Of a stretch of DNA of 64,000 nt, positions 25,601 through 40,600 are shown in pieces (position 1 is the stretch's first letter; the number at the start of each line of letters is the position of its first letter). Source of the stretch: Ascidiella aspersa (lineage: Eukaryota); assembly GCA_963924565.1 (NCBI GenBank), contig OZ004607.1, positions 35,774,001 through 35,838,000 on the forward strand. Reading direction: 5' to 3'. Below the pieces are notes generated by a model. That model saw nothing but the letters and a program-made list of their open reading frames with translations. It searched no databases and was not told the origin of the DNA. A program made the position numbers and the translations under genes.

Positions 25601-28600
25601 ACTAAAAGAACGTGCTGTGCCTAAATTATCAGTCAGTGACTTAAATATTGCGCCGCCTCTGTAACTATTTCTCGTGGACCCAGGATTCCGCTAACCCCAG
25701 CTTAAGAACGCCCTGGTTTACATCAATTTGAGAAGTAAGTCCTTTCTAAGGTACACTGTGCACGGATATGTAATGTAGCTTGATAATGAATTGCAAAAGC
25801 CAAAAAGGTCGAGTAGATCGACATCATCTTGATTAAAAGGTTTCTTGTCTCTGTCCATGTCAGTCTTAGATGTATTTTATTTATTTAGTTTACATTTTAA
25901 TACTTTTACTATTTTTACTTGTACAGATAAACTGATGATGCCTATTACTTAAATAGCGAAATGGATATTTACATTAAAAGTTTAACACCTTGCTGACTGA
26001 TTTTTTTCGAAGCGGTGCGCTTCTCAAGCAATCATTATTAAGTCCTTTCAGATTTCCACGGACTAACCTTTACTCGGCACCTACCATAACGTTTATATCC
26101 TTTGGTACTGGGCCGGGTACTTCGAAATATTCCTTCCCGTATCGGAGTCGTCCGTACTGAACAACAAGACCCGACGTCTTAAAAACTCCGTTTGTCTTGT
26201 TCTGAATCTTGTTAGGAACCATAAAGTCGGCCTCAGATGAATCGTTCAAAAGCAACCCTATTTGAATTAATATATGTTCAATGGATGACTGTTGGTTGAA
26301 AATATATTCATTTTATGTTTGTTGACTCTGTATAGACTTAGGCTATGTTGTCAAAAACAAATGCTTATCTAAACAGAGTATTATAGGAAATATATACCTA
26401 CATTTTGTAGGAACACAACAATGTTTGACAATCATTATACGGCAAAACAAATGTGTTGCATAATTAAGCTTTTGATTTCAAAGCATTACAAATATAGGGA
26501 TGTCTGATAATATCGGAGTCGATACTCGATGTCAAGTTGTAGTATCGGTACTAAGGCGGTATCAAGCCAATCCGTTAATATAGCAAAATAGTTTACGTAC
26601 AAAGGTGAAGAAAACAGTAGGTTATAACAACTAAATTTCCTAATTGTAAAGCAAATAACCTGAAATTCACTGTTAAAACGTTTTAATTTCACCTATTTTG
26701 CTTGTTTGAGGATTGTTATGACGTCATTTGGTATCGAATAGGATCACGATAGTTTTTCACCAAAATATCGTGTATCGGAATAGGAGTAAATGTTCAATAT
26801 CGGACATGCAAAACTATAACCCAAATGATTTGTCCAGACCGTACAAAATAACGCTTTTAAAGTTCTTAGCATGCTGTTATTCAAAGCTTATGTCAAGCAG
26901 CCTGGTAGAGCTTCTGGTGTTGATCAATCAATATAGGAAAGAGTGGTGTTTGTTAGGTTGCAATAGTTTATATTCCAATTAACGTATTGATAAAATTATG
27001 TCCACAATACAAACGTCTTGTTTGTCAAATAGGCTACGAGATTTCATTTCGATTTGACGCAAAACTCCAAGGCAACCCACCGACATGTCCACTGCCCCTC
27101 TCAGATACGCTGATGTGGCGACTGTTCTGTGGAACTTTGATCACAACCTCACTACCTGGTGACGATAAAAAAAAACGTAAGACATCACTACCACAATGGT
27201 AAATATGTTTAAACTTTGCCTATTACAGCAAACGGTTTATTTGACAAAAACAAACAGTACAGACTTTTTAATAACAAAACGCTAGTAGGCCTTTATTTTT
27301 TACGGTATGACTATGAAAATACAGCTTTAATGAAAGAAACGCGAGAAATCAAGGCAAACGTGTGTGGTTAATGCTAAATTTTCAGCTATTTACTATAGTT
27401 TTTAGTTTTTGTCGTTGTAAGGATTTGAGAAAATTAAATTGAGTCATAAAATTTCAAATTATCGTAAGCGCAAAGCTATTTACTTTGCAAATAATTGTAA
27501 CTTTGTCTTGGACACTATTTTTTTCTGTATTAAATAGCAAAACATTTTAAGCTTTGTAGGGATACAAGTCAATGCAACTTATGCAAAAAAGTGGAAGTAT
27601 ATATGTAACCGCATTGTATATTAAATTAGGTTATAGTCCGATATGAGGCAAACAAAGCAGATTCAGGGCCACTACAACCCACCTTGTCGCTTGCGAGGTT
27701 TCGGCGTGTAGATGCCCGTCACCAGCCGGCAGGTGTCGCCCTTGCCCCGGCAAACTCCACAAACGTCGAAGCGAGCCTCGCTCTCCAGTTGCCCGTCGCA
27801 ACCGACGCTCTGCGCATGCGCGAAAAAAACACGTTACTTTAGATATTAGCTCGTTGTGCAACGTTCTGGGGGTAGTTTGAAACCGTTTTTATTTTTGGGG
27901 GAGGTGCCCTTCTTTGGGTGGGAGGGGGCCACTGATTTCTCGGGAGTGGTTTCTTTGAAACCGTTGTTGTAAACTAAATTGTTAGGTATAGCAATGGAAA
28001 CAACAAGAGGATTGTTTCTAAATGTGGGCGTTAGATCAAAATGCCCGAAAATTCAGTCTTTGTCAAAAAACAACAGAAACCACTTGTACTATTTAGTTCG
28101 AAATAACGCCAAATTCGGTAAAACTTCATAGACATAGCTTGATAATGAATTGCAAAGCCAAAAAGGTCGAGTAGATAGACATTCATTTAATGTCAATTTT
28201 CGAAGATAATGCAAGCTCGTATTGAAACGTCTGAATCAAGATGATGTCGATCTACTCACTTTTCGCCTTTGTAATTCATTATCAAGCTACATTACAGATC
28301 CGTGCGTAGTGTACCTAAATTCTTACACATAGCTTGTCAAGTAAATGTCCTAAACCGCGTCTTCAAACAACTGTGGGTTTTAATTTGTGTTTTAATGTAA
28401 TGTTGCCTTTAAAACTACAACCTCACGGAAGTACGCAGGGAGAAAATTAAAACGTGTTAGTCACTAACAACCGTCTATTGTTCCCGGGAAGAAAGAATGA
28501 GAGTCTTGAGGTGAGAGCAGCAAAGGAAAAGATTATGGAATAAAATATACCATAAAAATAGATTCAATTTAAATACTTTTATTTTGAATAAGTGCGAACT

Positions 28601-31600
28601 TTCTTAATGTGTATTGGGTGATCCCGTGTTGTAATTACTTAAGTCAGTGGCTTGACTTAATTGCACTTTAGTCACTGTTTTCAATGATTTTACTTAAGTT
28701 TTTTTTGAATGATTTGACTGGACTAAAGTCTTTTGGACAAATGACTTGACTTGGACTTAAGTCATTTTGTATCTTGGGATTTAATATCTTGGGATTAAAT
28801 TAAGTGTTCTTTATTAAAATGAATCTCAAGTTTTGCACACAATTTTATCGGAGGCAATATGCAAGACGAAAATTGAAACGTTTAAAATGTTTTTTTTTAG
28901 CAAGAAGTGAATTCTCCGAATTACAGCCACTCAGCATATTACTGAATCAACAAAAACAGTGCGTAAGGGAGAGCAATTAAGGATTGCAAGTCGACGAGCT
29001 GTCGGGTTAAAATTAGTTACAAACACGCATTTCGCCAGCTAATAAGGTCACGGCGGTTGTTCTAAGCCTTCCGACTTTGAAACCGCCAACCGAGGACTTA
29101 AAAAGGCCGCAGGGTGAAAACATTCCTGGGGCTAAAAACAGACATCGGGACCGCGGGGCCGTCACTGCGGCGTTTTGCTAAGCCAGGGCCGGCGTAATTT
29201 CAAATGCCAAGCGCGAAGCGGTAAAGGTCGCCTGCCAATTTGTACCGGCGCTAATCGCTGGTTCTGAAGACTATGCCAATAGCTTCTGCAAAAAGTGCAG
29301 CCAATTTGCATAATACTAAAGAAATGTATAGATTCAGAGCTTTGGTATGACGTGCGATGCAATTTGCCAGTTGTTTTCATACAATATACCCTCATTTGAT
29401 TCCATCGATATTTGAGGCTAAGGTGTTTTTACAATCTTCGTTTTTCAGGATACTGATAAGATGGTGCAACCAAATTTTCCCCAAAAGTGCTACAACATTG
29501 GCATACCTCTTGGTAATCATGCTACGCTGGAATGAATAAAAATGCCAAAACTTGAAAGAAACTCAAGCTAAAACTGTAGATTAGCACGTATTTGGCATTT
29601 GCTTTCCCTTAAACCCAGCCACATAGGTTCGTGAGGTGTGTATGTTTGCCACAGCCCGCGGGGCACTTAAAATCGCACCGGGACTGCCCAAAAATAGACA
29701 CGGCATCTCCGCGCGAATAAGGCGAGCCACAAGATTCCGTGATTACTTGATAACCGAAGAAAATAGTCGGGAAATATTTCACGAGCTCCGCATGTTAGCG
29801 TGCACGTTTTCGAATCCAAAGTCAATAGGGTACGTATAAATCGGGGCTGTGAAACGGAACTAAAATGAAAGGTTCTTCCAAATCCATCTGAGGTTTAAAT
29901 ACTGGGCTTACATGCAATTTTAAAATTCTGCAAAAATAATTTTAAACATGGCGCATATACGTTTATGGCAAGTTAGCATTGCGGACAGCAAGTCACGCTT
30001 ATTTCTTTATTGGCGGGATTTTGTGTAAGCGTTGCCCGGTAAAGACTTATATAATTGTAAATAATCTGTCGTGAAAAAAACACTTATGTCACGAATAAAA
30101 AGATTGATTTCGGATTGAGGTTAAAAAACTACTAAATCCGTGAAGTTGCAACTATTGTCATAATATGATAGTTACAAGTAACAACAGCAAGAATAGTAAC
30201 AACAGCAAGAAAGCTCAATAAAATGTGGCCATATAGTGACATCAGCGCCACCAGAAAACAATAAATCGTCGGAAGAAGATTAGCGACAATTTATATTCTA
30301 AGCCAAAACCGATAGTATTAAACAAAACTTAAACCAGGTTGTTGTTACCAGCGACTTAATCCGGAAAACAAGGTAAAGGACAAGCGACGTGCGGGAGATT
30401 TTCGTTTAAGGCGTGGAACACGACAAGAAGTAGTAACATCCTTAAAACACCGTTTGCCTATCCTTGCGGATTTAAAAGCACGAACATCCACAAGTTTGTT
30501 GTATGGCTGCTCTAAGCACATCCGACACCCTTAACTAAGGCTTGTTTAGTGGCTTTTACATTTAGAAGAGGGAGAATCACACGGCGAAATAATGTCGCAC
30601 GAATTTGTAAAAGGCGAATGTGTCTGTTAATTATAGAGTCGTGCTTGCTTAGAAACCACGTTCGCTTTTACTTCAGCTGAACATTGTCATGCTTTTTGTT
30701 CTCCTATATATAAGTGGCGGCTTGCCAAGCAAATAGAGCATAATGACGTCACACTTTAAAACATATATATTTCTAACAATCCATAAAAAACAGGCCAACA
30801 CAAAAAGTCGACACTATTTTACTTTAACTTGGAGCAGAGTACAATTTCATTTTATCAGGTTAGTCGAGTAATTTCAAAAACTGCGTCCGAGTATTAGCCA
30901 AGTTACAACCGAGTAAATTTGAGAATTACTCGTTAATCATCTGAATATCTGGGATAACCAACAAAAACTAGCCCTAAAACATACGATTTTACAAGTGGTT
31001 TTAACTCCAGGAGAAAAAAAGCGCAGAAATGTACACATCGCTTTATCAAAACAAATAGATGCGACAACAAAACCCTGGTAATTCGTCGGATTACGCCGGA
31101 CGTTGGCGAAAAGCCGCGAACGAGCGCGAAAAACCGCGAAGTCGCGTCCGGCGCGAAATCCGTCGAAAACAAATCCGGAGATCGCGCGCGAGCGAGCGCA
31201 AAAAGTCAAGGGCCTATAAATAAGCGTGTCCTTCCGCTGGGCCGGGCGCCGGGATCCAGGAACTCATTGCCGCGCACTCCTGTGACCTAATTCAATTGGC
31301 ACTGCAATTTCGCGTTTGCCGTTTACCTACTATTAGGCGAAATTCGATTGTTATGTTTTGGTCATGCGCTTTCTAAGAAAAACCTCGGGGAGCCTCGGAA
31401 TAGTGTAGTGGTTTTATTTTAAGGGTTTTCCTCCCCGGGTAAGTCCGCCAGTGTGCGAATTTTATGAATGGGCGCCCGGTTTTATGAATGGTGCAGTGTT
31501 GGGCCGCCCTGGATGTTGAGTAGAACCCTATTTTTTGTAAGTATAGCATGAGAGGTACCTGACAAAAGGCGCGTTAATTCCCATGTAATGTTTTTTTTTT

Positions 31601-34600
31601 TTTAGTTATTTTAGCTTTCCACAATACATTTATCCTTAACCTAAACAATGCGTTTGTTCCAACAGGTTTGCAATTGCGCATTTTGACTTGCTGGCAAAAT
31701 ATAACAAACTAACACAAGCGACCGAAAGCATGTTCGTGTATAGTTTTGTTTGTAAATATGTTTTACGTGTGCATTTACATTAAAACTACGCAAAAATATT
31801 TTACCTGATTGCAGGACAAATTGTACCTGTCTACGATAACTGCATGACAAAAACGGAGGAAATAAGTTGACCGTGAAAAGGTACATAAACAAGAAAAACA
31901 AATTAATGGATAAAAAATGTTAGTAAACCAGTTTTGTGATTAAAAGTTCTCACTACAACAGTTGTTTTATGTTGTATCTCTTTTGTATCTCAACTTGCAA
32001 CATGCAAAGATTTCCCGACCAATATTAGTCCCAACTATTGATCCGCTGTCAATGCGAGTCGCGCGAGTAACGTAACTGCAAATAAATCATACATTGGGCG
32101 TCACAAAACACAATCACGGAATCGACATATAGCAACAACTCAAGGATTCTGAATTGAGACACAAAGTGTTGCACACCATACCATGACGTAATCATATATC
32201 GGCCGCAAATTAATTGTCAATTAACAAAGTTCAGCGCGAATGCGAGCGGCACCGAAAGACGAGTCACCCGTCCAAATTGCGACGTTCGACTAGCGATTCT
32301 GGTCCTTGGTTTGACTAGTGGCCAAAAAGATTACGTAAGGTGGATTTCACAACTTCTAAATCGGGACCGGTGCTGTACAATGCAGACTTGAACAACTAGA
32401 TTTATTTTAGCTTTTTAAAATTAGATTAGAATGCAAATTAGAGCATTTCAGTTTTTCCAAATTATATGAGATTAGAATTAGATCATTTCGAGTTTTCTCA
32501 AATTAGATTATAATTAGAATTACCGAATTCCTAAAAAAACGAATGTCAACTAGAATTACATTTGATTATTTACAATCAATTTCATTTAAAGAGCGAATCA
32601 TTTCTAAATGTGAATGAGAAATATTCCTGTGCTAATTGTTATGCCTTTTAGCAGAGCACATGTATTTCAGGCCGTAAAAATCGCCTACAAGTCTTCCCAA
32701 CCAGAGGGAAAAAAATCGCCTACAAGTCTTTCCCAACCAGAGGACTCGTCGCAAAAGCCAAAAAGATTACGTAAGGCGGATTTTACAATTTCTAAATCGG
32801 GATCGCTGCTCTACAATACGCGGGAAAATACTGCGGAATTTCTCCGTACGACCATGCCCCTGTGCTTTTTATTCAGTAGGCTGGGCAAACATTGGGATTG
32901 TTGGTTTTAGGCATGTTTGGGTTTTGTGGGTTTCGGATTGTTAAGTACGAAAATTGGCTGCTGTCAAGTCTTTAACACAAATTCCCAACCTTTTTGATTC
33001 GTTCCGGCATGATTCGACGTTTAGGATATGTGTATAATAGATAGTATTTGTATATTTGTCGCAGTAATAGCTCAAAAAATAGGAGCAACATTGACATTTT
33101 TGTCGCGAATGAAACTAAAAAGGAAAGAAGCGTTTTTTGAGCAGTAAACTATGGAGTATTATTCCTGAAAGCAAAACGTTGGAACAGTCTTCCCCTGTCC
33201 ATTTTCGCTCAGTGTCAATTTTTTATTTTGCTTTTGATTGATTCAAAAATGGCTGCACTTTGCCCTTTTCCCTGCACATTTATAGTTGGTGAGCGGACAA
33301 GACAAAAATGACAACTTCAATGCCTCAAACACAACAAAGCACTTCGTGAGACGAAGACAATTTGATCGCGATTGAATAATATTAAACCGAGTTGAAATAT
33401 TCCTGATTCGACAAGCCGTTTGACCCTTTGAGATCCTACCCAGTGTTACGTGTTCTCAAACTGGGGTTTTGTGAGTAAGTTTTAACAGCAAACCATCTTT
33501 TAAGTTCATGGTCTAATCCAGGGGTTCTTGAAAAAGGTGGGGGGTTCAAACGTGGGGCATCAGGGTTTTAGATGTCGCTTGTTTAAAATTCCTACTGTGA
33601 AACTTTGGGCATATATACTTTCCCTTGCAACGAACGTTCTACTACAGTTTCACAGCCTTTTATGGCAAGCGGCACCCCCTCAGAAATAATAAATAGATTG
33701 CGGCACCCTTATAAGATTTTTTTTTTGAGGATTATAAGTGGCACCCCAGGGTCCCGCGGTTGAGAACCACTGTTCTACTAAGCTCCACGTTTTCCTAAGG
33801 GACCGAATCTGTTACCCACACATCACGTGACTTGCGTGGGCGGGAAAGCGCTCTTACGCAATCGCCTGCGTTACGCGCGCACGGCCACGTCAAACGCACA
33901 ATGACGTCACGCCTCCAAGGAAATAAATTGGAATGGAATCGACGCGAATCTGTCGCAACATGCGTGGGAGGGAATCTGTTTGCGTACAGACACCTCTTGC
34001 GCAGTGTTAAGCGTCAGGTAGCGTGCCAGCAGCTTATCGTATACGTCGCTTTGGGCAAACACAACATGAAAGTCGAGCCCCGGTTTGGACACCATACCAA
34101 ACGCCTAGGCCCGCTGGGCTGTGTTTGTAGCCTCGCCAGTGCAAATGCCGACACGCCCAAACCGCGCTGATTAATTGGGCGCGCGCCAGGGCCCTAGAGC
34201 ACCAGGGGTGCGTCCTTTGGGGGTCCTAACGGGCGAAATGGGGCCCACATCGCCCTTTGAATCCCCACTGTTTAGTTGCTTCAGAAATTTCACCAAGAAG
34301 TAAAAATGCAGCTAAAGTCCACAAAAACGGAACAGGAAGTTTCATATTACATGATAGAACTCATTAGCCCTTTATGAAGGTAATTCACCCGCACCGCCGC
34401 GGCTATTTTGGGTTTAACAGCGTAGAATATATATACACATACGCCCGCAATTTTAGACGGCTGTCGACAGATTTAGGGAGAATGATGGCGGACCAAAGCG
34501 TGGTGTGACCAACTAGAACCGGCAACGGCCATGATTTGAGCAGGACGACCGCATCGTTATTAATGATTTAGAGCTTTACAAACCGGTCAGGGGTGGTGAC

Positions 34601-37600
34601 AGTTTGACGGGGGGGGGGGGTGTGTGGTTTGAACCCCCCTCAACCCTTGCGATGTAAACAATGAGTACCCCATCTTTTGTATACGTGACTATACACCACA
34701 CTTTTGTAAAAAAAGTTCTTTTCTTGCGGCCGATTGCTAAGCGTAAATATAACAACAAAGCTATGACGACTGATTCTGTCCACTGAAATTTTTACGAGGG
34801 GACAAAACACAAAACAAATAGCATTGATAAATTCGAATTTAATTGATATGAGCCAATCTTCGTATTTCTAAGCGTAAGCATAACAGCGAGCTTTGGCGAT
34901 CAACTAATATATTTAACTCTATAAATAAAAACTAAGGATAAAATATGGCATAAATAAACTTCGAATTAAAATAATGTGAACCATGCATTCGTATTTCTCC
35001 CACAGGTTTAACAACTTTTAAGGAAATCTGGGTCAGAAATATAAACCTAACTATGTAAACTACTGCAGTACCCAATTAAATTACACGGCGACCCAAGAAA
35101 ACAGTATTTTTTTGGGGGGGAAATACTGTTTTGAAGGCAAAAATTCCAGCTAAACTTATGTAAGCGCATAGTTTGAAGAAGTCAATGACTCAATCTTTGC
35201 CTAATCTTATCAAGTTATGGTTTATGAAGGTTATATGTAACAACAAGCACAGTGCGGTATCTCAGCCGGGAATAGAACCCCCAAGGATTGCAACTAAACC
35301 ACTGAACCAACGCGTTTGATTTATGCGGTCACAAATGTTGAAAGTTCGCCAAAATTGCTGTGCCTGTAGGGGAGCGTCATCCTATAATGAAATGTGATAA
35401 CGAACTTTTATTTTATACGTGTGGAAACCTTTAAAACACATCTATTTTTAAATACACGTTAAATTCATTAGAATGACAAAGCTAACGGCATATTCTATTT
35501 GAATAAGAAATTAGCAGAACTGATTATGCTTTTTTGCGTAACTATATAGTATTCTTATTTTTTGTTGAATAAAGTTGTTTTAGATCTTTTTTACAACCTT
35601 CGTGGTTTTGTTCGGATCATATGATTTGGAAAAAAGATCAACAACTAGAAATGTCGGAGCAGGCTTAGATCCCGATATTAACAAAAATAATAATAATAAT
35701 AATAATAATGTTATTGTTTCATCAACTAACGGCTTAACATATAGAAATCTCAAAGTGAAAATACGAAAATGTGCATTGCCGCTGTTCCCCTGCGTTCATA
35801 ACACAATTACACCAAGATTTCTCAGGAAAATCAATGCAATAATATTTGTGTTCATCCACAATATATAATATTTCTCGTACCAGCTTCTGTTAAACTTTGT
35901 AGACAATTCTGAATGAATACAGGTTCCATGAACATGAACACACATATGTGCATGTTAACCACTGAGATCTAGCCCTTCTAGCCCTTCTGACAACAGGTTA
36001 TATGACTACGACCGTTTCAAGGCGTTAAAGTACAAGTATTCGGGCAGTGGAGGAGTCGAAAAAAAGGATTAAAAACATTATAGCAGCCACGGTATTCGGA
36101 TATATGCTTGTCCACAGCCCAGCAGCACGTATTTGAATCACGGATAAATACAAAGTCCAGAAAAAACGTTAAATAAGATATCAGGCCACTTAAAAGGTAG
36201 CGGGCAAATATTTAGCAGGTTCAAATTTGCAATGAATTTTAGCAGGGTAAAACTACAGGCACATCGACTTTGAAACCGGCCACAAAAACTGCGACCCATT
36301 CTTCGCAAAACTCCAGACCGCAGAAAGCTCGTAAAAAGTATGATTGATTGCACACGTGTCGCCGCGGAACAGGGGAATTCCCGGGGCGGTCGGCCTGAGG
36401 CGCCAAGTTGAGGGACGGAAGACAAAGGGGCGACGGCGCCGGTCCTTCGGCCTGTTTCAAGTCGCCCGGAATCGGCTCAAATATTGAATTTGCTCGATGC
36501 TAACCACCTTGGCGGCGCCAGCAGCACAAGCATAAGCAGGTCCTCTGTGACGTAGCAATGGAAAGGATGCGAAAGGGCGTGATTTGAATTTTGAATTGCT
36601 CACGATGTAAACACAGGTGAAGTTTTACGGCCACCGCAAAGACTATTTTCGTGTCGTTTCGTGCCGCGTTAACGGGGATAAATGGAAGAAACTGACATCC
36701 CTGAAGGCTAAACGCTCAAAGAGAATACCGGTGGAAAACGTGGTATTTCAGTAATTTTTGTGTGTACAGCTCTAAATTCGTGCGTAACTGATAGAAATGG
36801 GAGAATCACTTGAAATAAGAGTAAAGATAAAACCTATATTATCACGTTTTTTTAAATGATTCTTTTACTAAAATGTTTGATGTGATTGCATTCATGAGGC
36901 CACCACCACAGGTACAAATCAAATCCTACTTAAGTCCTTCCTATAAATCAGTATGCCCTATTGTAAAATATTTCCAGTTGTATTTGTAGGTAGACTTAGG
37001 TTTTCTAAACCGAAAGGGTTGGGATACTTGGCGGTTTAAAAGAATTACTATGAAAACCCTGCTGGCAAGTTTTACATTTCAATTATACCTTTTTGCACCT
37101 GCTGTGCGTTGTTTATGCTAATCTGTAAATCCTGACGGTATAATGCAGATAATTCTAAAGTAAAAGTAACGGTAAAAGCAAATTTGTTTTAGCTTTATAA
37201 CATATAATACGGAGATAGGGGTCACGGGTTTGACAAATGATACCAAGGGGGCGCAAACCCAAAAGCAAAATAACGTCTAGATTAGAGAATCAGGGCAATG
37301 CAATCTAAAATTTAATCCTTCAGCACAGGTGGACAAACGCAAACCGAATGCAATTTCTCCAAACACAAGTTCAATTTCTCGAATATGAAAATTTATCCCA
37401 ACAGACGAACCGAACAACAAGGCCTTTCAGAAAGGTGAGACGAGACTGAATAACACGGAACGTGGCGATGACGTCACATGACGTCAGACGCGCGTCATGG
37501 ACAATCGATCAAGGGGTTTGTTGGCTGAAGCGCTGGCAAATGGCCGGACGTTGCTGACTGGTAATTGGGCGCCAATCTCTCTAATGCAAAAGGTGCTTGG

Positions 37601-40600
37601 GATGTTGCGACGGGCCTTTTTGTCAAAAAGGTTCCGGTAATGTTTTATTATATTTCTGCTTGTTTTTAATTGCAGAAATAACGTAGATTTGCATAAACTA
37701 AAAAACCTTCTGGATAATGCCATAACGGTTGGTATATTATGACTAAATTTTTCTTCTCCGAAGCTTCCAGCAATGTAACTGTCCCTGTTCGTGTTCGATT
37801 GCACAATTTACCAAGATTAGAGAAAAAAACAAAAAGTATCCAAAATGATTAGGATTCCGCATTTGTCGTTTCTTTCGAAAGTCCAGTGAAGTACAGTGGT
37901 GGAATTTAGAATTTTTTTAAAAATACTAAAGTTTTTAATTTAGGTCAAAATTGTATTTGTTTGTCCAGTCTACGATTTGACGGCTTTGACCGCTTAGCAT
38001 TGTTGTTACATTTTAATTAAACTTTATTCATTGTCTTGGCTTTAAATTTCAATATATTGTCTTCGTAAATGAATCCAACGATTGGCTTGATATATTTTAG
38101 ACACACGTGTTGCAAGCTTGACGGAAGAGTTTCTCCTCAGCTACGACGCAAAATTGCGCTTTCGATTTATCAAAGGTTGACACATTTATCCGGCAAGTCC
38201 GAGGTAAATTGAACGACTGACGCCGATTTACGGCAAGGTAGTTGCTTCCTGAACGTTTCTCCCCGACCGCGAGTTAAATTGTACTATCAAGTTTCAATCT
38301 GGTGCCGCACTGAGTTCTCTTAGGATCACAAGAGACGTGGAGGATTATATCGAGATACGGATGGCAGCATTCAATAAAACTGACTTATCGTGTAGCCCTA
38401 ACCCGTGTTTCCCAGAATCCTATACCAAGGCAACCCGGCGTTCGATTGGTGCGGACATTTGGCGTAAAAACTTCGGTTTTCAAACACCTCGTCCAGTATT
38501 ATTATACACATGTACAATTGTACAAACACGGTTGTAAGTTAAATAAAGTCATCTATGTTTTAAAGGGTACGTATACTGCTTTCCGGTCTACCTAAAGCCG
38601 TACATGCCAACTATATCAAAACACGTATCAAGCAAACACCTCTCAAAGGGTTCTCCGAGTGCAAAGGCTAACTTCAACTGTTTTCCAACTTAATTGACCG
38701 CTGATCATGTGTAGCTGGTTTAGTTTCAAGTGAAGATCTCGGTCAGATCGAAGTTGTGAGTTCAAACCGCCTTGTTGGGGACAGAAATACACGTCAACCC
38801 GCAGGAAAAGATTAGATTTAGGCCAAAAACACGTAATGTAGTAAAAATCAAAAAAAAAATCTATATGGATTCGATATTCGCGTATAACCTATGTAAGAGA
38901 TTCACCAGTCAACAAACTGAACTGGATCCTAAATCAGGGTAAAAGGTGGGAGTTTCACTCCAATTTGGCCAGCCTCAAGTTAAAACATCATTGCCGTGCT
39001 CCAAAAAATATGTCAAAAACTTTTTCTCCTAACTTACTATTTTTGTTGATGTTTGCGAAAAGCAAGCGCGTAAAGCAGTCGGCTGCTGCTGGTACCAGCC
39101 AGTCGGCGGCGTTGAAGACCGAAAAGCCGGCGGAAAGGATTACGAGCAAACACTTACGGGCCCACTTCCTCGGCCGGTAATACTGGCCGGGGGAGATACG
39201 GCGGTTCCTTCCGTGGTTTGACGCGCACCTCATCCCAAAGCATACGCCTTCCTAAGCTAAGCGAAATGAACTTAACCGAAAGAGACGGATTTCTCGCGAC
39301 CACATTCGTTCAAAAGGCAAGCTACCGCCTTGACTTTGGCCGAGGGAGATTGTGATAAGGCTTGGAATTTCTTGGGGGCGGAACGGCATTGGTGCGATAA
39401 CAGGCGTACAAATCCCAGACCGGAAAAGAGTATTGTCAATGTGGAGGCCGAAAGCATGCTTCGCGATTTTGCACGCACGCTTCCTTTATAGTTTTACAGA
39501 AAAGATTTGTCTTCTTATTGAGTGTAAGCTTTTAGATTCGCGATTTTACACTTTCGTCGCTTAAGCACTAAAAACGTGTTCCCGTAAAAAAACGGGAGTG
39601 ATGTTATTTGAATTAGTAACCGCCATTACTAAGGGATAAAATCTTTCACAGATAGTTGGGGATAGAAAATGATAGAAAATCAATCCGTTCAGAACTTCAG
39701 CATGACTGATTGAATATCCACAATTTACTGGTAATCTTGCAAATATTTCGGAAATACATACAAGGTGTGACACTCGCTATAGTATTGGCACGCCGTGCCT
39801 CTCTTTTTATTCTCTAAAATTAAAGTTTGGCCCACTTAAACTATATTGCAAATGGCATTGTTAATTCTGCACGCGAGTATTTTATAATAAAAAAGCGAAA
39901 TGGGGAAACTTGTGGCGTTACGTTTTCGCGTAACTTTATGATGTCATTCTGAAAAAAAAAAAAAAATTAAATGCCTTTCCAAGCTAAAATCCTGGAGAGT
40001 ACTTCCTTCAACCGACAACTATAACTCTGCGTGTTAAATTTATGCCGGGGGAGTTAAGTATTCTGTGCCGCAAATACAAAAAGCGTAACATGGACCGAGG
40101 AAAACTAGTTTTTCGCTTTGTTTTATTGTTTCATTTTCAGTTGGAAACTTTTCAGAAAAAAATGCAATAGCAAAAATGATAAAAAAGTAAAATAGTTTAC
40201 ACTATAAGCTGACATCTTCATAAGACACAATAAGTTACCTTACAAACTCCACCGATACACATATCGAGTGAATTGTCCCGGCACCGCGTTCCATCGAGAA
40301 CCTTGGGCGACATGAGGGCCACGATGTCGGTGCCGTTGGCCCGGCAGTAGAGGGCACAGGGCAGGTGCCGGCCCCCCGTTTCTGGAACCCACCGGTAAAG
40401 CGACCCCTGGTATGGGACGTTGTTGTACACCGAGCATTGCATCAAGCGGAAATCAAGGGCGCTTTCGCAGTCCTTAAATGGAGGGTTGCTTGTTAAAAAA
40501 GGATGTTAGTTGGGTAAATAATACAGACTGTAATGTTCCAAAAACCGTGAATGTTATTTTTGACCTGGGAAAATTATCCTTAACGCAAGGCGAATGCAAA

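Noticed and set aside
38705-38772. tRNA/SINE-like segment with GAGTTCAAACC B box
   Set aside because: No cloverleaf, weak A box, no second copy seen.
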